A stretch of 64,000 nucleotides of DNA from an uncultured Gammaproteobacteria bacterium (GTDB lineage: Bacteria > Cyanobacteriota > Vampirovibrionia > LMEP-6097), in the NCBI GenBank assembly GCA_964517685.1, contig CAZFCF010000003.1, positions 47,706 to 111,705 on the forward strand. Direction: 5' to 3'. The notes under the pieces are model-generated. The model did no database searches. It had not been told where the DNA came from and saw nothing but the letters and a program-made list of their open reading frames with translations. This document shows positions 18,119-28,298 of this stretch, in pieces; position 1 is the stretch's first letter; every line of letters begins with the position of its first letter. A program made the translations under genes and the position numbers.

Positions 18119-19126
18119 ATGGTACTTGGTGGTCAAACAAGTGGATTTAGTGCAGCTCCTTACGTTAGCCCGAATGCTAACTTTCCGACTAGTAATGGTC
18201 CAAAGAGCGCTGACACAAAGCCCGCAATTAATAGAGTAAGCCCTGCTGATGTGAGCAAGGTTGCGACGCAGAAGCCTGGAGCTAAGGCAGATCAGTTTGT
18301 AGATATAGCAGATAAGGCTACACAAAATCATGAAGATGCTAAAAGAGTTCATGATGATCTGAAGAAAGACAAAGCCCTTCAAGCAGATACTTTTAAGAGT
18401 AGAATTGAAGTTGGTAAATCTAGAAGTGAAGTTTTATTACAACAAGTTGCAGTTAAGCAATTAAACGATAAAGAATTTAAAAAACAACAAGCAGAGAATT
18501 TTGCTAAAAATCTTAGTGAAAGCCAGCTGAAAGGTAAAGCTAATCAAGGAGCAGTTCAGCAAGAACCACTCTCTGCTGATAAAGATCAAAATCTTGCAAG
18601 TAATGTAGTTCAATCGCAAATTGAAACTTTAGATCCTGATGCTAAAGCAAGAAAAAAACTTGATGATAAATTACAGAAAATTTACAATAGTGGTAGTGAA
18701 AAAGGAAAACATTTCGTTTCATTTGTCTCAAGAGAAATGACCAAAGGTCCTCTGCCAAAGAGTATTCTTGAGTTAGTTGATGGTTTTCTTGAAACTCTTA
18801 AGCCGCAAGGCAGTCAAACTCCATCACAGATGATTGCATCTGGTAATGAACCAATTTCAACTCTTAAAAGTATGGTTTCTGCTACTGATCTTGAAGAATT
18901 AGGGCAGATCCAAAATAGTTTAGCTAATTCGGTTGTTGCTTCTGCAGGAGAAAAAACAGATCTTCTTGCAATTAGAAATTTACTTAAAGTTGAGGTTAGG
19001 CAAGCACCTCCTCCAGCATTAGTCTCAAATTTTAATGATAGAGATAATTTAAAAACTGCTGCTGATTTTGTTATATCAATTAATCGTGGTGTTGCTAATA
19101 CGCCTTGGGATGCCATAGCTGCATAA
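18119..19126 (+). CDS. hypothetical protein (335 aa, Lys/Gln/Ala-rich)
   Basis: ORF only; no recognisable motif. Confidence 0.4.
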   Translation: MVLGGQTSGFSAAPYVSPNANFPTSNGPKSADTKPAINRVSPADVSKVATQKPGAKADQFVDIADKATQNHEDAKRVHDDLKKDKALQADTFKSRIEVGKSRSEVLLQQVAVKQLNDKEFKKQQAENFAKNLSESQLKGKANQGAVQQEPLSADKDQNLASNVVQSQIETLDPDAKARKKLDDKLQKIYNSGSEKGKHFVSFVSREMTKGPLPKSILELVDGFLETLKPQGSQTPSQMIASGNEPISTLKSMVSATDLEELGQIQNSLANSVVASAGEKTDLLAIRNLLKVEVRQAPPPALVSNFNDRDNLKTAADFVISINRGVANTPWDAIAA

Positions 19127-19157
19127 GAGGGTTGAGATACGCAACCCCTGTAGTAAG

Positions 19158-19847
19158 ATGAGATTAGTGCACTCTCAAATTCCATCAGAAGAACCAAAAA
19201 AAACTAAAGCAGAACTTAAAGCTGAGCTTGATCTAATGATGGCAAAGGCTGCTATTAAACATGCAGTAGTTACTTTTGCAAAAGGAATGATGCTGGAGCA
19301 ACCTCCAGTTGAATTAAAAGCTTATTGGGACAGTCTGGATACAGAAGGCTGGCAAAAACACTTACAAATTTTTAGTGTTGAGTTAAAAAAAATGAAAAAT
19401 GTTGCTATCAAAAAAATTCTTTTTGATATTGAACACTATATAAAAGATTGTAAGAAATTAGTACCTGGATTTAGAAGAACTAAAGAAGAATTATTGCTAA
19501 TGGTTGCTATTGGGCAATTTGAGGTTAAAGAATTTCTAGGTAACTTATCGACTGTTGCAACTAATCGCGAACGCTTGGATAGAAAAATTCATAAACAAAT
19601 TAAAGAACTAACTTGGGAAGATGATAGAGCTTTAGAGCGCTTGGATGAACTGACCAAAAAACTTGAAGAACCGAAAATTAAAAAAGATGATATCGAGAAA
19701 ATTGAAACTGAAATCAAAGAGATAGAAAGCAATATTACTATTCGTAAACAAAAAAGAGATGAGCTTGCAATTAAGCTAGTTGAATGGAAGGCTAGAGGAA
19801 ATATCGATATTGCAGGGCAGGATGGTTCGTTTAGGTTAGACGCATAA
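19158..19847 (+). CDS. hypothetical coiled-coil protein (229 aa)
   Basis: ORF only; charged heptad-rich C-terminus. Confidence 0.4.
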   Translation: MRLVHSQIPSEEPKKTKAELKAELDLMMAKAAIKHAVVTFAKGMMLEQPPVELKAYWDSLDTEGWQKHLQIFSVELKKMKNVAIKKILFDIEHYIKDCKKLVPGFRRTKEELLLMVAIGQFEVKEFLGNLSTVATNRERLDRKIHKQIKELTWEDDRALERLDELTKKLEEPKIKKDDIEKIETEIKEIESNITIRKQKRDELAIKLVEWKARGNIDIAGQDGSFRLDA

Positions 19848-19864
19848 AATGTTTTCATTCCTGC

Positions 19865-19899
19865 TCAGGGGGATTGCTTCGCTACGCTCGCAATGACGG
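19865..19899. mobile_element. RPE-like MITE half-element forming the 3' end of the ADH gene
   Basis: cagggggattgcttcgctacgctcgcaatgacggc. Read on the minus strand it encodes the last residues VIASVAKQSP and the stop of the 19865-20902 CDS. Confidence 0.7.
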
Positions 19900-20902
19900 C
19901 TTTTAAAATTTTCCCTTCAATCATTTCTTGCAAAGCAATTTCCAAATCTTCTAATTTAAATTCTGCTGTAATTAAATCACTTATATCAATTGTGCTATTT
20001 GCAAGTAATTCAAGAGCTTGCTGAATATATTGTGGACGATGATGAAAAGTACCAATCATTCTGATCTCTTGATAATGAATTTGATAAGTGTCAAATACAA
20101 CTTTTGAATCTTTTTTACAACCACCAAAGAAATTTATTAAACCACCAGGTCTCACCATCTTCATGCAATCTAACCAAGCTTCAGGTTTGCCCACGGCTTC
20201 AAAAACCACATCAGCACCAAAGCCATTGATGGCTTTTATTTTATTTGTGAATTCTGGATCTTTGTAATCAAAAATAAAATCAGCACCATTGGCTTTAGCA
20301 AGTTTTGTTTTCAATGCAGAATTGCCAATCGCAATTATAGTGATATTCTTGCGTAACTTTCTACAAAGCTTAATAAAAGTTAAACCGATAGCACCAATGC
20401 CATAGACGCAAACCATGTCATTGTCTTTGATTCCTGATTTCTCAAAGCCATGTAAAGTTACTGCTAAAGTCTGCACAACGGCTGCAGTTTTAAAATCAAG
20501 TGATTCAGGAATTTTGTATAAGTTATTTTCTACAATGCTTTCAGGAATTTTTATTAGTTCGGCAAATGAGCCATTGAGAAATTCTAGATTTTCACAAAGT
20601 TCAAATTCTTCTTTGCGGCAAAAAAAACATTTATAACAAGGAGCAGTATTTGCGGCGGTAACTTTATCTCCGATAGTGAATTTTGGATTTTTAGTTTCTT
20701 TAACTATTCCTGAAAATTCATAACCGAAACTTGAGGGAATGCTTTTGATTAATTTAGGATGACCCTGAAGGTAAGTTTTAGTATCAGTACCTCCAGTTAG
20801 TGCAGCTTTTATTTCCACCAAAACCTCACCCTTACTTATGTTAGGGTCTTGAATATTTTCAATCCTTAAATCTTTTGGTCCGTAGAATAATATAGCTTTC
20901 AT
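19865..20902 (-). CDS. zinc-dependent alcohol dehydrogenase / medium-chain dehydrogenase-reductase (threonine/sorbitol dehydrogenase-like)
   Basis: MKAILFYGPKDLRIENIQDPNISKGEVLVEIKAALTGGTD...; structural-zinc Cys cluster CYKCFFCRKEEFELC; GxGxxG-like VYGIGAIGL. The C-terminal 10 aa are MITE-derived. Confidence 0.7.
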   Translation of the reverse strand: MKAILFYGPKDLRIENIQDPNISKGEVLVEIKAALTGGTDTKTYLQGHPKLIKSIPSSFGYEFSGIVKETKNPKFTIGDKVTAANTAPCYKCFFCRKEEFELCENLEFLNGSFAELIKIPESIVENNLYKIPESLDFKTAAVVQTLAVTLHGFEKSGIKDNDMVCVYGIGAIGLTFIKLCRKLRKNITIIAIGNSALKTKLAKANGADFIFDYKDPEFTNKIKAINGFGADVVFEAVGKPEAWLDCMKMVRPGGLINFFGGCKKDSKVVFDTYQIHYQEIRMIGTFHHRPQYIQQALELLANSTIDISDLITAEFKLEDLEIALQEMIEGKILKAVIASVAKQSP

Positions 20903-20985
20903 CTTCTTGAGGGAACTTGCCTTTTGCTTAGAGCGTCACAGGTTATTATAATCATAGTGGCTAGCGCGTCGCTTTTTGAATTGTA

Positions 20986-23133
20986 ATGCTCGAAAAAAAA
21001 CTAAAAACATTTTTACTCTTAGCAGTACTAGGCTTTTTGCCTTTATCACTGCCATTTTGCCTACCTTGTTCTGCAAAAATTGATCTGGACGAAGAATTTT
21101 TTAATAGATACTCAGCAGCTATTAATGAAGAGAAAATAGGCAATACTCTTTCTGCTGTTAAAAGTTACCAACAAGCTTTAAAAATTCAACCACGTGATTA
21201 TGATGCGCTTTTAAAATTAGGACTACTTTATCTAAACAATGGTGCTGAAGGAGCAATTAGGCAAGAAGGCATTAAGCTGTCTCTTGATTATTTTAAAAAA
21301 GCCGAATCAGTTAAACAAAATGATGCTCTTTTATATCTGCTAATGGGAAGAGCTTATGAAGAGATTGGTGAAATTGATAATGCGGTAATCTCTTTTACTA
21401 AAGCTTCAAACCTTGATCCAGAGAATATTTTATTAAAATCAAATTTAGGTAGATTATATTTTGAGAAAAAAGATTTTAAAAATTCAATTGAAATTTTCAA
21501 CAAAGTAATTCTTGCTTATCCGGATAATCTAAAAGCCCGAGGTTATTTAGGAGCTTCACTTCAATCTACTGATAATTATTTAGCTGCAATCGAGCAGTAC
21601 AACTACATCCTAGACTATACGCCAAATGAATATAGCATTCTAAAAAACATTGGTGATTCATGGCTTGCTGTTGGTAAATTTGATAAAGCGAAAGAAAGCT
21701 ATGAGAAAGCTAAGAATGTAGATCCAAACGTTCCTAATATATATGCTGATCTTGCCTATGTATCAAGACAAGAGCAGGATTACAAATCTGCAATTGAGAA
21801 CTACAAAAAAGCTTTGCAACTAAAAGGTACTAATGAAGATTGGAAAAAATCTCTAGCTTATTCTTATTGGTTTGCTGATCAGAAAAAAGAAGCAGTGCAA
21901 GTTTTTACTGAAGTTAAAAACTATGCTGTAGCAGGATATATTCAACAAACTTTAGGTGATACTAATGGTGCAATTGAAAGCTACAAAAAAGCTCTAGAAC
22001 TTAATCCTAAGGACATCAAGAGTAGATTTAATCTTGCAAGAATTTATCACGAATCTAAACAACTTGATTTAGCTCAAGCTGAATATGAAAAAGTTCTTCA
22101 ACAAAAACCAAATGATGTTGAGTCAATATTTTTACTTGCAACTTTAAGACAAGAAGAAGGTGATCTTGATATCGCTATGAATTATTACAATGAGCTTCTA
22201 ACACAGCATTTGGCTACTACTGATGCAACTAAGCTCGATGATACTTCTAAGCTTATTAAGAACAATGTTAATTACAATCTAGGTTTGGCTTATAAGTCAC
22301 AACAAAAACTAGATAAAGCTGAACAGAATTTTGAAGAATTAGTGAAAGATGGAGCTACTAAAGATTTAGCTTTTGAGAAAGGTAAGAATGTCTACAAAGA
22401 ACTTAGCTTTATCAAAATTGCTTTAGGAAAAAACATTGAAGCTGAAAGAACAATCAATGACTGGCTTAGAGAAGATCCAACCAGTGTGGAAGCAAGAAAT
22501 CTTTATGCTGACTTCTTAGTTCATCTTGATAAAGAGCGTAAAGCTGTTGAGCAATTGCGTTTAGCATCAGCATTAGACAAGACTTCTACAACTAGATTGA
22601 AGCTTGCCAACTTATTGCATTCACAAAACAATCTTTATGAGGCTCTTGCTGAGTACCAAGTAGTGCTGCAAGAAGATCCTAGTAATTTAAATGCGCTATT
22701 GGGTGCAGCTAATAATTTCAAAGCTCTTGGTTTTAAGCAAGAGGCTGTCAATATTTATAAAGATGCTCTGAAAAGATATCCTAATGATGTTTTGACAAAC
22801 TATAACTATGGTCTCTTGATGCATGAAGACAATAATCTTGGTTTAGCGCGCGAGCAGTATGAGAAAGTTTTGGCATTGAATCCTAACTTTACTCAAACCT
22901 ACTACGTATTAGGTTTAGTATATTGGGATACTGATCAAAAAGATAAGGCTAAAGAAGTTTGGTCTAAATTCTTAGGCAGCTCTGCTGATGAAGGTTTAAA
23001 ACAACAAATCAGAAATATTGTTGACACTGGAATTAAAACTGACCAAGCTTTAAAACAACAAGGTATTGATCCAACGCCACTTGAAGCAACTAAGGCGCAG
23101 AGTATGGGTGCTGAGCAACCAAGTAAGACTTAG
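20986..23133 (+). CDS. secreted tetratricopeptide-repeat (TPR) protein (715 aa)
   Basis: Signal peptide, then many 34-aa repeats with the W/LG-Y-A-F-A-P TPR consensus (AYEEIGEIDNAVISFTKASNLDPEN, and so on). Confidence 0.7.
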   Translation: MLEKKLKTFLLLAVLGFLPLSLPFCLPCSAKIDLDEEFFNRYSAAINEEKIGNTLSAVKSYQQALKIQPRDYDALLKLGLLYLNNGAEGAIRQEGIKLSLDYFKKAESVKQNDALLYLLMGRAYEEIGEIDNAVISFTKASNLDPENILLKSNLGRLYFEKKDFKNSIEIFNKVILAYPDNLKARGYLGASLQSTDNYLAAIEQYNYILDYTPNEYSILKNIGDSWLAVGKFDKAKESYEKAKNVDPNVPNIYADLAYVSRQEQDYKSAIENYKKALQLKGTNEDWKKSLAYSYWFADQKKEAVQVFTEVKNYAVAGYIQQTLGDTNGAIESYKKALELNPKDIKSRFNLARIYHESKQLDLAQAEYEKVLQQKPNDVESIFLLATLRQEEGDLDIAMNYYNELLTQHLATTDATKLDDTSKLIKNNVNYNLGLAYKSQQKLDKAEQNFEELVKDGATKDLAFEKGKNVYKELSFIKIALGKNIEAERTINDWLREDPTSVEARNLYADFLVHLDKERKAVEQLRLASALDKTSTTRLKLANLLHSQNNLYEALAEYQVVLQEDPSNLNALLGAANNFKALGFKQEAVNIYKDALKRYPNDVLTNYNYGLLMHEDNNLGLAREQYEKVLALNPNFTQTYYVLGLVYWDTDQKDKAKEVWSKFLGSSADEGLKQQIRNIVDTGIKTDQALKQQGIDPTPLEATKAQSMGAEQPSKT

Positions 23134-23143
23134 TTTAATAGCG

Positions 23144-23231
23144 GCGTCATTGCGAGGAACGTAGTGACGAAGCAATCCCCCTGCGCAAATCAGATTGCCA
23201 CGTCGGGCTTTGCCCTCCTCGCAATGACGAG
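23144..23231. mobile_element. RPE-like MITE (family A) copy, intergenic
   Basis: gcgtcattgcgaggaacgtagtgacgaagcaatccccctgcgcaaatcagattgccacgtcgggctttgccctcctcgcaatgacg. Confidence 0.75.
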
Positions 23232-23279
23232 CGGTACGCAACCCATCTCAGGTGGTATGATTTTACTTGAAATTTCAGA

Positions 23280-24497
23280 ATGGATTTAGATAAATTAATA
23301 CAAGAATTAACCCAGGGTGTACATGAGATCAAGCCTGGTGGCAACAATGCTTTAAAAGAATTATTACAAGAAGCTGCAAAAGAAAAAAGACAACTAAGAG
23401 TAAAACTTGGAATTGATCCAACCAGTTCTGATTTGCATTTGGGTCATATGGTTTGTATCCAAAAGCTCAGACAGTTTCAAGAAGCCGGTCATAAGGCAGT
23501 CTTGCTTATTGGTGGTTATACCGCTCAAGTGGGAGATCCTTCGGGACGTAATGAAGCTAGACCACCACTAACTAAAGAAGCAGTTGAAATGCATGCTCAA
23601 ACATATCTCGATCAAGTGAAACGAGTTATTGATTTAAGTACAGTTGAACTGGTAAACAATGCAGATTGGTTTGATAAATTCTCTATGACGGATATGATTC
23701 GTTTAGCTTCGCGCGTTAGCGTTAACCAAATGATTGCTAAAGATGCTTTTGGTAAACGTATTGATGAAGGCAATCCACTTTATATTCATGAAATTCTTTA
23801 TCCACTCTTAATGGCTTACGATAGTTATCAAGTGAAAGCTGATATAGAACTAGGTGGTACTGATCAAACCTTTAACTTGATGGTTGGTAGAGATGTGCAA
23901 CGTCTTTATGGACAAAAACCACAGCTAGCTTTGACCATGCCTTTGCTTGTAGGTCTAGACGGTGTGAAGAAAATGTCTAAAACCTCTCAGAACTATATTG
24001 CGCTGAATGACAGTCCTACTGAGATGTTTGGCAAGACCATGAGTATTCCAGATGATTTAATCCTCAATTATTATATTCTTGCTGCAAGAGCAAGTATCGC
24101 TGAAATAGAAGAAGTGAAAGCGAAACTTGCAAATTCAGAGCAATTTAATCCACGTGATCTTAAAATCGAACTTGGCAAAAAAATAGTAGAAATTTATCAT
24201 TCGGCGCAGGATGCAGATGCAGCGGCAGAACAATTCATAAACCAATTCCGTAATAAAGAAATTCCTGATGATATTCCAGAGTATTTTTTACTCAGTCCTG
24301 CTAGGCTTGTTGATTTAATTGCAGATGCTAAATTGGCTGACTCAAAAGCAGACGCCAAAAGGCTTGTCTCTGGTGGTGGTGTAAAACTCGATGGCAATAA
24401 ACTGGATGATCCTTTTCAAGAAATTTCTCACGAAACAGATTTAGGCAAAGTTCTGCAAGTAGGTAAAAGAAAATTTATTAAATTGGTGAGGCAATAA
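23280..24497 (+). CDS. tyrS: tyrosine--tRNA ligase (TyrS)
   Basis: HIGH-type motif DLHLGHMV, KMSKTS (KMSKS), and a C-terminal S4-like domain. 405 aa. Confidence 0.85.
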   Translation: MDLDKLIQELTQGVHEIKPGGNNALKELLQEAAKEKRQLRVKLGIDPTSSDLHLGHMVCIQKLRQFQEAGHKAVLLIGGYTAQVGDPSGRNEARPPLTKEAVEMHAQTYLDQVKRVIDLSTVELVNNADWFDKFSMTDMIRLASRVSVNQMIAKDAFGKRIDEGNPLYIHEILYPLLMAYDSYQVKADIELGGTDQTFNLMVGRDVQRLYGQKPQLALTMPLLVGLDGVKKMSKTSQNYIALNDSPTEMFGKTMSIPDDLILNYYILAARASIAEIEEVKAKLANSEQFNPRDLKIELGKKIVEIYHSAQDADAAAEQFINQFRNKEIPDDIPEYFLLSPARLVDLIADAKLADSKADAKRLVSGGGVKLDGNKLDDPFQEISHETDLGKVLQVGKRKFIKLVRQ

Positions 24498-24501
24498 GTG
24501 C

Positions 24502-25905
24502 ATGTCTCAAGATTTGCAAACCTTAGTTAACTCATTAGATACAAATTTGCAATTTGTTTCGGAGCTTTTACAGGCTGATATTAGGTTATTTGTCAGACAT
24601 GGTGAAGATGTTTATATTCATAATTATTTTCATCCTAATCAAGATTCTATTTACCTTACTCCGAGATTTACAAGTAAGCGTACTGGTGAAAAACTGCGCC
24701 CACACAAGGACATCTCTGTAGATAAGGCTTTCAGGCTTGGTAAGCCGATTATAGGGCAGTATGGACTGGTCATTAATAATAGAAATGTACAAGAATTTGC
24801 TTATCCAATTTTTTTAAGTGAACTTGATCCGCATCCAGTTGCTGTAATTGCAATTGAAAGAGATATTTTTGTTACACGAAATATTCTTGGTAGACATTGG
24901 GATTTCATGGTTGATAATTTAATGAAAACTCTTAAAGAGAAATTTACTAGTGGCGCTAAGCTCCCGCAAATTTCTTTTGGAGAAGGTGCTTTGATTATTC
25001 AGAAAATTAATCGAGGTCAAGGTGATGTGCAAAATATTTTCTTTGCAAACCCACTTGCTGTGAACCTTTTATCAGAAATTGCTGAGAGTGTTCAGCAATT
25101 AATTGGTAGACCTCTTGATGATGTCTTTGTAAATTTTCAGAGAAAGTTTAAAGGTGATGATAAAAATTTATCAATTACTAAGCTCGAAGAAATTTCTCTC
25201 AGACAGCGCACCATTATTCTTAGACATATTTCTCTTAGTGGTGAAATGTCAGTAGTTCTTATTAAAGACAATTCAGAAGTGAAGGTAAAGGAAACTTTGC
25301 TAAAAGAAATTCATCACCGAGTGAAAAATAATTTACAAACAGTGGTTTCTCTTTTGAGTTTGCAAAAACGCCGCAATCCTCAGCTGGAAGAGGCTTTCAC
25401 TGAAGCGATCAATAGAACTAATAGTATTGCTTTAGTGCATGAATATTTAGCAAGATCCAATGATATTGAAAATATAGATTTTGGTTTTCTTGTACAGAAA
25501 ATTCTTAAAGGTCTAATTTCTTCTTATGGTGCTGAAGAAGTTGCAGTGAATTTTGATTGTCAAAAGAAAGTTTTTATACACAGTGAAGAGGCTACCAATT
25601 TAGCTTTGGTCTTGAATGAAATTCTTTCTAATACACTGGAACATACAGCTGGTGTGGTTTCTAGAATTGATATTAATTTATATTACGATGGTAAGAATCT
25701 GCACATGAGAGTCGAAGATAATGGTGGTGGTTTTAAAGATGGTTTTGATTATAAGAAAAGTACAGGCTTGGGTTGGGGGATTGTACAAACCATTACTGAA
25801 GAGAGTCTTAAGGGTCAGCTCATAGTAGAAAATATTGATAAAGGTGATACCAAAGGCTTAAAAGTGGAGTTAATAATACCTAATATAAAAACTCTTAGCG
25901 AATAG
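24502..25905 (+). CDS. sensor histidine kinase, HisKA_2-type (HWE/HisKA_2 family) with N-terminal sensory domain
   Basis: EIHHRVKNNLQTVVSLLSLQ is the HisKA_2 H-box. A downstream HATPase_c-like region has NEILSNTLEHT and GGGF. Confidence 0.65.
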   Translation: MSQDLQTLVNSLDTNLQFVSELLQADIRLFVRHGEDVYIHNYFHPNQDSIYLTPRFTSKRTGEKLRPHKDISVDKAFRLGKPIIGQYGLVINNRNVQEFAYPIFLSELDPHPVAVIAIERDIFVTRNILGRHWDFMVDNLMKTLKEKFTSGAKLPQISFGEGALIIQKINRGQGDVQNIFFANPLAVNLLSEIAESVQQLIGRPLDDVFVNFQRKFKGDDKNLSITKLEEISLRQRTIILRHISLSGEMSVVLIKDNSEVKVKETLLKEIHHRVKNNLQTVVSLLSLQKRRNPQLEEAFTEAINRTNSIALVHEYLARSNDIENIDFGFLVQKILKGLISSYGAEEVAVNFDCQKKVFIHSEEATNLALVLNEILSNTLEHTAGVVSRIDINLYYDGKNLHMRVEDNGGGFKDGFDYKKSTGLGWGIVQTITEESLKGQLIVENIDKGDTKGLKVELIIPNIKTLSE

Positions 25906-25938
25906 ATACTAATTTAAGAGCTATAATTTAGGATTAAG

Positions 25939-26547
25939 ATGAGTGCGATGAAAGAGTTTACCCTGAACGATCAAGATCTAATTAAAGTCATTATTGCTGA
26001 TGATGAGCCGCTTATTCGTATGGATTTGAAAGAGCTGCTTGAAGAAACTTCTACTTATAAAGTAGTTGCTGAAGCTAAAGATGGTAATGAAGCAATCGCA
26101 GCAATTAATGAGCATAAGCCAGATATAGTTTTTATGGATATTCGTATGCCAAACAAAGATGGTATACAAGCAGCAAAAGAAATTCAACAACAACTTGGTA
26201 GGCGTGTGCCTATCATTATGCTTACAGCTTATAGTCAGCCAGAGCTTTACGAGGAAGCATCTAAAGCGGGAGTCTATGCCTATCTTACTAAGCCTTTACG
26301 TAAGGCAGATATTCCACCAGCTATTGAAGTAGCGATGGCAAGAGCTATTGAAATGTATGGTCTACAAGATGAAATAGATCGTCTCAATGACAAGCTTGAA
26401 ATTAGAAAATTAGTAGAAAAAGCTAAAGGTGTTTTGATGAAGAAATTTAACATCGATGAATCTGCAGCTTATCGCCGTATCCAAAAAACCGCTATGGACC
26501 AAAGACTTGGCTTAAAAGAAGTCTCTGAGTCGATTTTGAATGGTTAA
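25939..26547 (+). CDS. response regulator with ANTAR RNA-binding antiterminator output domain (AmiR/NasT-like)
   Basis: Receiver domain (VIIADDEPLIRMDLKELL...DIVFMDIRMP...) plus a C-terminal ANTAR signature (LEIRKLVEKAKGVLMKKFNIDESAAYRRIQKTAMDQRLGLKEV). Confidence 0.75.
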   Translation: MSAMKEFTLNDQDLIKVIIADDEPLIRMDLKELLEETSTYKVVAEAKDGNEAIAAINEHKPDIVFMDIRMPNKDGIQAAKEIQQQLGRRVPIIMLTAYSQPELYEEASKAGVYAYLTKPLRKADIPPAIEVAMARAIEMYGLQDEIDRLNDKLEIRKLVEKAKGVLMKKFNIDESAAYRRIQKTAMDQRLGLKEVSESILNG

Positions 26548-26601
26548 GTTTTGCTCCGGAACTTGATTTATTTTTATACTTTAAGGTAAAGTAATTTCAT
26601 T

Positions 26602-27192
26602 ATGAGAATTGCACCAGAAGTAGTTGCTAGGGTTAAATTAGCTCTAGATGAGCGGATTAGTGGCTTCTCCGAGCCTCAACAAAAAGCCATGAGTCGTTTA
26701 GTATTAGGAGAGAAGCCAGAAGACTCAGATAAAAGTTATGTACAAGGAGTAATCTTGGCACAGGATCCTTTAAAAAAAAATATTCCTTTTGTTGTAGCAT
26801 TAGCAGTTTCTTCTGATAACATGGAGGCATTTACGAGATGGTTAGGGCAAACTATGTCCGAGACAAATCCTGTAAACGCGCTTGCTGCTTTGAAGCAAGG
26901 GATAGAGCGAATAGACAGGGCACAGTATGTTGACTCTCGCTATGCCCGAGATGTTGATGAGTTATTAAAATACATAGCTATGGATGATCTGGAAAAAAAT
27001 TCTCATAAGTGTGAGTCAGAACTTTTCAAGGAAATTGCCTTTGGTGTCTGTGAAAATGGGACATCGAGTCATTTGGCCAGAACTAACTTACAAGCATTAA
27101 AAGATATGGGTGAATTTTCAGTAACAGATGCTGTACTTACAGCATTGCAATCGAGGCAAAAGTACTTAAGCCGGCTTGCAGCTTCTCGATGA
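26602..27192 (+). CDS. hypothetical protein (196 aa) downstream of the ANTAR two-component pair
   Basis: ORF only. Confidence 0.35.
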   Translation: MRIAPEVVARVKLALDERISGFSEPQQKAMSRLVLGEKPEDSDKSYVQGVILAQDPLKKNIPFVVALAVSSDNMEAFTRWLGQTMSETNPVNALAALKQGIERIDRAQYVDSRYARDVDELLKYIAMDDLEKNSHKCESELFKEIAFGVCENGTSSHLARTNLQALKDMGEFSVTDAVLTALQSRQKYLSRLAASR

Positions 27193-27242
27193 CCTTCCTG
27201 AAATTATGAAACCTGCGATTTCGAAAGCTGAAAAACAAAGTT

Positions 27243-28298
27243 TTAACTATCCAAATTAGCCGGCTCTTTATCACTCACTGACCAAGTTTCACCGCTGTAA
27301 ACTAATTTCTTCAAATCGCCTTCGCCGAACTTATTAATCGCTTCTGCTTCTTGAGCATGAAGAACTTCATCATAAGTAGGTTTGCGCACTGAACGGATTA
27401 CACCCATTGCAGTCGGGAATTCTGGATGATCCACGCCTAATTGTGCAATTAAGTATTGAAGTGTAGTATCCATGCTCTTTGGATCATGAATAAGAAACTT
27501 AGAAGTATCTTCGCCAACTTTCTCTCCAACTTTAAGTGCTGGATTAGTGCCGTTCTCTAAATAGATACCTTTAGTATCTAAATCAAACATCAAAGGTTTA
27601 CCTTCTTCTAAGTATAGATTTTCAGAGTCTTTAGTTTCTTTGTTGAGATATTTTGCAAAAGCACCATCGTTGAAAATATTACAGTTCTGTAATATCTCAA
27701 TGAAGGCTATACCTTTATGCGCAGCAGCAGCAGTAAGTACTTGTTGCATATGTTTAGGATTCGCTGCAGTAGTACGGGCTACGAAAGTCGCACCACAAGT
27801 AAGCGCAAAGCTAACTGGATTTAAAGGAGCATCGATAGAACCCATAAGCGAAGTTTTAGTAACTTTACCTTGCTCAGAAGTTGGTGAGTACTGTCCTTTA
27901 GTAAGTCCATAAATACGGTTATTGAAAAGTAGAACTTTAAGATCCATATTTCTACGAATCATGTGTAGTGTGTGATTGCCGCCGATACTTAAACCATCGC
28001 CATCACCAGTTACCATCCATACAGAAAGTTTTGGATTAGAGATCTTCACGCCTGATGCTACAGTTGGCGCGCGTCCATGAATAGTGTGGAAACCATAAGT
28101 AGCCATGTAGTAAGGAAATCTGCTTGAGCAGCCAATTCCAGAGATGAATACTAAGTCTTCTTTAGCCACGCCTAAGGTTGGCATAATGGTTTGTACTGAA
28201 GAAAGAATTGAATAGTCTCCACATCCTGGACACCATTTCACATCACCTTCAGGAATGAAGTCTTGTTTAGAAAGTTGGGGTGCTACTGTTGTGCTCAT
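27243..28298 (-). CDS. korB: 2-oxoacid:ferredoxin oxidoreductase beta subunit (TPP-binding; KorB-type)
   Basis: WCPGCGDYSIL and GDGD TPP-binding motifs. 351 aa. Translationally coupled to the alpha-subunit gene: the korB start codon overlaps the korA stop at 28298. Confidence 0.8.
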   Translation of the reverse strand: MSTTVAPQLSKQDFIPEGDVKWCPGCGDYSILSSVQTIMPTLGVAKEDLVFISGIGCSSRFPYYMATYGFHTIHGRAPTVASGVKISNPKLSVWMVTGDGDGLSIGGNHTLHMIRRNMDLKVLLFNNRIYGLTKGQYSPTSEQGKVTKTSLMGSIDAPLNPVSFALTCGATFVARTTAANPKHMQQVLTAAAAHKGIAFIEILQNCNIFNDGAFAKYLNKETKDSENLYLEEGKPLMFDLDTKGIYLENGTNPALKVGEKVGEDTSKFLIHDPKSMDTTLQYLIAQLGVDHPEFPTAMGVIRSVRKPTYDEVLHAQEAEAINKFGEGDLKKLVYSGETWSVSDKEPANLDS

